A stretch of 64,000 bases of DNA from Escherichia coli (GTDB taxonomy: Bacteria > Pseudomonadota > Gammaproteobacteria > Enterobacterales > Enterobacteriaceae). The position numbers and the translations under genes were made by a program. Below the pieces are notes generated by a model. The model was not told the origin of the DNA. It did not search any database and saw only the letters and a program-made list of their open reading frames with translations. Position 1 is the stretch's first letter; every line of letters starts with the position of its first letter. The stretch is from assembly GCF_050920415.1 (NCBI RefSeq), contig NZ_CP169309.1, one strand, 5' to 3'. Below are positions 59,660 through 64,000 of this stretch, one piece after another.

Positions 59660-60568
59660 TTAACGATCTTTCGGGTCGAGGGCATCACGCAAGCCATCGC
59701 CGATAAAGTTGAAACAAAATAGCGTCACCACGAGGAATCCCGCTGGGAACAACAGTAACCATGGAGAGACTTCCATCGAGTTCGCGCCATCACTCAGCAA
59801 TGCGCCCCAGCTGCTTAACGGCTCTTGCGTCCCCAACCCCAGGAAGCTAAGGAAAGATTCAAAGAGGATCATGCTGGGCACCAATAGCGATGCGTAGACC
59901 ACCACCACACCGAGAACGTTCGGTACAATGTGGCGAATAACAATGCCCGGCGTCGATACACCGCCAACTTGTGCCGCCTCAATAAACTCTTTACGCTTCA
60001 GACTCAGGGTTTGCCCACGCACAATACGAGCCATATCCAGCCAGGAAACCATGCCAATCGCCACGAAAATCAGCAGGATGTTTTGACCGAAAAAGGTCAC
60101 CAGCAAAATGACGAAGAACATGAATGGGAAGGAGTTGAGGATTTCCAGCAGACGCATCATTACCGAATCCACTTTACCGCCCAGATAACCGGAAAGCGAA
60201 CCATAAAGTGTCCCCACGACCACTGCCACCAGTGCCGCAGCAACACCGACCATGAGTGAGATACGCCCGCCAATCGCAACACGCACAAGCAGGTCGCGAC
60301 CGGATGAGTCAGTACCAAAGTAGTGACCGGACTCCATATCTGGGGCGCTGGACATCATCGCCCAGTCAGTATCGTCATAGGCAAACTGCGAAAGCATCGG
60401 TGCCAGGATTACAAATAACGCGATTAGCACCAGCACTATCAGACTGGCAACCGCCGCACGGTTATGCATAAAACGTCGACGTGCGTCCTGCCACAAGCTG
60501 CGCCCTTCGACCTCCAGCTTTTCACTGAAATTTTCCAGCGTCTCGCTGTTTTTCTTACTTAACATCAT
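59660..60568 (-). CDS. oppC: oligopeptide ABC transporter permease
   Basis: 302-aa membrane ORF. Confidence 0.95.
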   Translation of the reverse strand: MMLSKKNSETLENFSEKLEVEGRSLWQDARRRFMHNRAAVASLIVLVLIALFVILAPMLSQFAYDDTDWAMMSSAPDMESGHYFGTDSSGRDLLVRVAIGGRISLMVGVAAALVAVVVGTLYGSLSGYLGGKVDSVMMRLLEILNSFPFMFFVILLVTFFGQNILLIFVAIGMVSWLDMARIVRGQTLSLKRKEFIEAAQVGGVSTPGIVIRHIVPNVLGVVVVYASLLVPSMILFESFLSFLGLGTQEPLSSWGALLSDGANSMEVSPWLLLFPAGFLVVTLFCFNFIGDGLRDALDPKDR

Positions 60569-60582
60569 CGCGAGCTCCAGTA

Positions 60583-61503
60583 TCAGTAACGGATTTTCGG
60601 GTCGATAACCGCATATAGCACATCGACAATGGCATTAAACAAAATGGTTAACGCGCCAACCAGAATGGTCAGACTTAACACTAAGGAATAGTCACGATTC
60701 AATGCGCCATTAACGAACAATTGCCCAATCCCCGGTAAACCATAAATGGTTTCGATGACCATAGAACCGGTAATAATGCCGACAAATGCAGGGCCCATAT
60801 AGGAGAGCACGGGTAACAGAGCAGGTTTTAATGCGTGGCGTAAAATGATCCGCCGCATAGGTAACCCTTTCGCCCGGGCAGTACGTATAAAGTTGGAGTG
60901 TAATACTTCAATCATAGAGCCACGGGTAATACGCGCAATACTGGCGATATAGGCGAGTGACAACGCCACCATTGGCAGTATCATGAATTTAAGCGCACCA
61001 CCATTCCAGCCACCGCCCGGCAGCCAATGCAAAATGATCGCAAATATCATGACTAATAATGGCGCAACCACAAAACTGGGGATAACAACCCCGGTCATTG
61101 CCAGCCCCATCACGGTATAGTCCCATTTGGTGTTTTGTTTTAATGCGGCAATAACGCCAGCACTAACACCCAGTATTACCGCAAGGAAAAATGCTGCGGC
61201 TCCCAGTTTGGCAGAAACGGGAAAACTGGATGCAACCAGGTCGTTGACCGAATAATCTTTATATTTAAACGATGGACCGAAATCGCCATGCGCCAGTTGT
61301 TTCAGGTAGCTGAAATACTGTGTCATGATCGGATCATTAAGATGATATTTCGCTTCGATATTGGCCATCACTTCTGGCGGTAAAGTACGTTCGCCGGTAA
61401 AAGGGCTTCCCGGCGCGAGGCGCATCATGAAGAACGAAATAGTAATAAGAATAAATAGCGTCGGAATCGCTTCCAGACAGCGACGTAGAATAAATTTTAA
61501 CAT
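60583..61503 (-). CDS. oppB: oligopeptide ABC transporter permease
   Basis: 306-aa membrane ORF. Confidence 0.95.
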   Translation of the reverse strand: MLKFILRRCLEAIPTLFILITISFFMMRLAPGSPFTGERTLPPEVMANIEAKYHLNDPIMTQYFSYLKQLAHGDFGPSFKYKDYSVNDLVASSFPVSAKLGAAAFFLAVILGVSAGVIAALKQNTKWDYTVMGLAMTGVVIPSFVVAPLLVMIFAIILHWLPGGGWNGGALKFMILPMVALSLAYIASIARITRGSMIEVLHSNFIRTARAKGLPMRRIILRHALKPALLPVLSYMGPAFVGIITGSMVIETIYGLPGIGQLFVNGALNRDYSLVLSLTILVGALTILFNAIVDVLYAVIDPKIRY

Positions 61504-61588
61504 TGCCCTACCTTCTGGCCTGTGCCTTCTGTAATGCGATAAAAATCAGACACCGTGGAGCAGGACACTCCTGCCCCACGTATTGCCA

Positions 61589-63220
61589 TTAGTGCTTCAC
61601 AATGTACATATTCCGGGTGTAGGTATTATCCAGCGGATCTTTGCCGGTATAGCCACCAACCCACGGTTTCACCAGACGCGCATTCACGTAGTAATAAACA
61701 GGAACAATGGCCGAATCCTTATCCAGCTGTTGTTCTGCTTTAGTGTACAGAGCTGTGCGCTGCGCCTCGTCAGTCGCTTTCAGCGTTTCCGCCATAATGC
61801 TGTCAAAGGCCGGGCTCTTATAATGCGCGGTATTCATCGAGCTGTTCGACAGCATGGTGTTCAGGAAGGAAGTTGGTTCGTTGTAGTCTGCACACCAGCC
61901 TGCACGGGCCACATCAAAAGTGCCCTGGTGACGGGTGTCGAGGAACGTTTTCCACTCCTGGTTAACCAGTTTGACGTTTACACCAATGTTTTTCTTCCAC
62001 AATGAAGAGGCAGCAATCGCCAGCTTTTTATGCAGATCGGAGGTGTTATACAACAGGTTGATGGTCAACGGTTTGTCTGCGGTATAACCCGCTTCAGCCA
62101 GCAGTTTTTTCGCTTCTTCGTTACGTTTTTCCTGGCTCCAGCCAAACCATTCCGGCTGAGTCAATTTTGCGCCATCAGTATACGGTGGAGTGTAACCATA
62201 GGCGGGCATGTCGCCCTGCGCTTTCACTTTATTAACAATGATATCGCGGTCCATACCCAGTTTCAGTGCGGTACGCACACGTACATCGTTGAATGGCGGT
62301 TTCTGGTTGTTAATTTCGTAATAATAAGTGCACAGGTATGGATCAACGTGAACTTCGTCCGGGATCTCTTTTTTCAGCTTCTGGAACAATTCGATCGGCA
62401 TGTTGTTATAAGTCATGTCGATTTCACCACTACGGTAGCGGTTGACATCGGTAACTTCAGAAGCAATAGGCAAATAGGTTACCTGGTTAATAACGGTTTT
62501 CGCGTTGTTCCAGTAGGTTGGGCTGCGTTCAAGAACGATTCGTTCGTTTACGACCCAATCTTTTAAGGTATAGGCACCGTTGGTGATGATATTACCAGGC
62601 TGGGTCCATTTTTCGCCGAATTTCTCGATAGCGGCTTTTGGCACCGGTGAAGTTGATGGGTGAACAAGTAATTTATAGAAGTACGGAACAGGTTCACTTA
62701 AGGTGACTTCTAATGTGTGATCATCAATAGCTTTCACGCCGAGATCGGTAATCGGTTTTTTCCCTTCAAGAATTTCATCAATACCGGCGATATGCCCATA
62801 TTGCAGATAACTGGCATACGGAGAAGCGGTGTTTGGATCAACAGAACGTTGCCAGCTATACACAAAGTCTTGTGCTGTGACTGGCGTGCCATCAGACCAT
62901 TTCGCATCTTTACGCAAATGGAAGGTCCAGACTTTCGCGTCTTTATTATCCCAGGATTCAGCGACGCCAGGTGCCGGATGACCGTCAAGATCGCTGACCA
63001 GTAAGCCTTCAAACAGGTCTCGGCTGATATTAGACTCCGGAACACCTTCAATTTTATGCGGATCTAATGACTGAACTTCTGAACCATTGTTACGTACCAG
63101 CGTTTGTTTTTCCGCCAGTGTGACGCCTGCGGGTACATCAGCTGCCAGCGCGACATTCCCTGCCATAAGCGCAGCCAGAACGCCAGCTGCTACTAAACTT
63201 CTCTTGGTGATGTTGGTCAT
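61589..63220 (-). CDS. oppA: periplasmic oligopeptide-binding protein
   Basis: ORF trimmed to MTNITKRSLVAAGVLAALMAGNVALA..., 543 aa. Confidence 0.95.
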   Translation of the reverse strand: MTNITKRSLVAAGVLAALMAGNVALAADVPAGVTLAEKQTLVRNNGSEVQSLDPHKIEGVPESNISRDLFEGLLVSDLDGHPAPGVAESWDNKDAKVWTFHLRKDAKWSDGTPVTAQDFVYSWQRSVDPNTASPYASYLQYGHIAGIDEILEGKKPITDLGVKAIDDHTLEVTLSEPVPYFYKLLVHPSTSPVPKAAIEKFGEKWTQPGNIITNGAYTLKDWVVNERIVLERSPTYWNNAKTVINQVTYLPIASEVTDVNRYRSGEIDMTYNNMPIELFQKLKKEIPDEVHVDPYLCTYYYEINNQKPPFNDVRVRTALKLGMDRDIIVNKVKAQGDMPAYGYTPPYTDGAKLTQPEWFGWSQEKRNEEAKKLLAEAGYTADKPLTINLLYNTSDLHKKLAIAASSLWKKNIGVNVKLVNQEWKTFLDTRHQGTFDVARAGWCADYNEPTSFLNTMLSNSSMNTAHYKSPAFDSIMAETLKATDEAQRTALYTKAEQQLDKDSAIVPVYYYVNARLVKPWVGGYTGKDPLDNTYTRNMYIVKH

Positions 63221-64000
63221 TGTTTTTTGGACTCCCTCATTATAATTACTGGTATTAACCAGCATGTGTAATCCCGGATTGGGACCCTGCACAGGCTCGG
63301 AGACTTTCTGCTGTCAGGTTACTTTATCGTTACGGATTGCTATCACCGACTTTATTTATTCTGGTGATTCAGACGATCACCTTATGTCGATTCGTACTGT
63401 GTCTCCCCTGTCGAGACACATTATTCTTTTGCGACGCTCTTTAATTGTTAATTATTCTCATTACCAATAAAAATCGCCTGGCGGTTGGTCGGAAAGTACC
63501 AAATGCGCTTCTTACTCGCCAATACATTTTGCAAAATTGTTAAGCAATTCTCTTTTATTGACAGTGTCAGAATCTACAGCGCGCGTCCATGCTTTAACAA
63601 ACATCTTTCAATTCAATCAAATAGAGAACTGTTAAGCATGTCTATCTTTTCTGGCTATAGATTAAGTCGTGAAATACACAATAATTTAACAAACGATTAT
63701 TATTTAGCACTTTCCTCTACCAAAGGCAGTGGAATTACTAATATCATTTCAATTATTCTTCAGCAAGCCCAGGATTATGATGTGGCGAAAATAACATGAT
63801 GGTGAGGCGAAGCAGTTAAGGAAATCCTTATAACTAACTGTAATTTCAGAGGAATATTCTTACCTATTCCTTTTGCCTTTGCTTTTGATAACTGCGCGGG
63901 AACAAAGTAAAAATAATGACGAAAAAACGGAGCATGTCAGCTCCGTTTCATTTGAAAGGAATTAATTAAGCAGGCCGGGGAAAATCCCCTTAATACCAGT

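Noticed and set aside
63485-63799. 104-aa plus-strand ORF upstream of oppA (and the 68-aa ORF at 63264..63470).
   Set aside because: It lies in the AT-rich oppA promoter/leader region, has no convincing ribosome-binding site, and its translation is low-complexity; more likely the long oppA 5' region.

Overview
This 64 kb window reads as Escherichia coli chromosome (the puu–sap–fabI–rnb–osmB–pyrF–lapAB–acnA–cysB–topA–btuR–rluB–trp–tonB–kch–cls–opp region), in reverse orientation relative to the usual K-12 numbering. All calls come from recognising the translated ORFs and reading the sequence by eye; no searches or computations were run. Almost the whole window is densely packed core genes: puuB (partial), puuCRD/puuAP, ymjA, sapABCDF, ycjD, fabI, yciW, rnb, pdeR, yciZ, yciT, osmB, yciH, pyrF, lapB, lapA, pgpB, ribA, acnA, yciX, ymiA, cysB, topA, yciN, sohB, yciK, btuR, rluB, yciO, trpH, trpLEDCBA, yciGFE, ompW, yciCBA, tonB, yciI, kch, yciY, clsA, yciU and oppFDCBA. 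No rRNA, tRNA, CRISPR array or IS element was seen. The one segment I cannot assign to a known gene is an AT-rich, roughly 1.4 kb two-gene module (a 333-aa predicted lipoprotein followed by a 102-aa protein) between the convergent core genes btuR and rluB; this is the best candidate for something undescribed, but its function is unknown and its novelty needs a database check. Small differences from the K-12 sequence as I remember it (trp operator, ycjD 3' end, no yciQ between yciO and rluB) suggest a non-K-12 strain.
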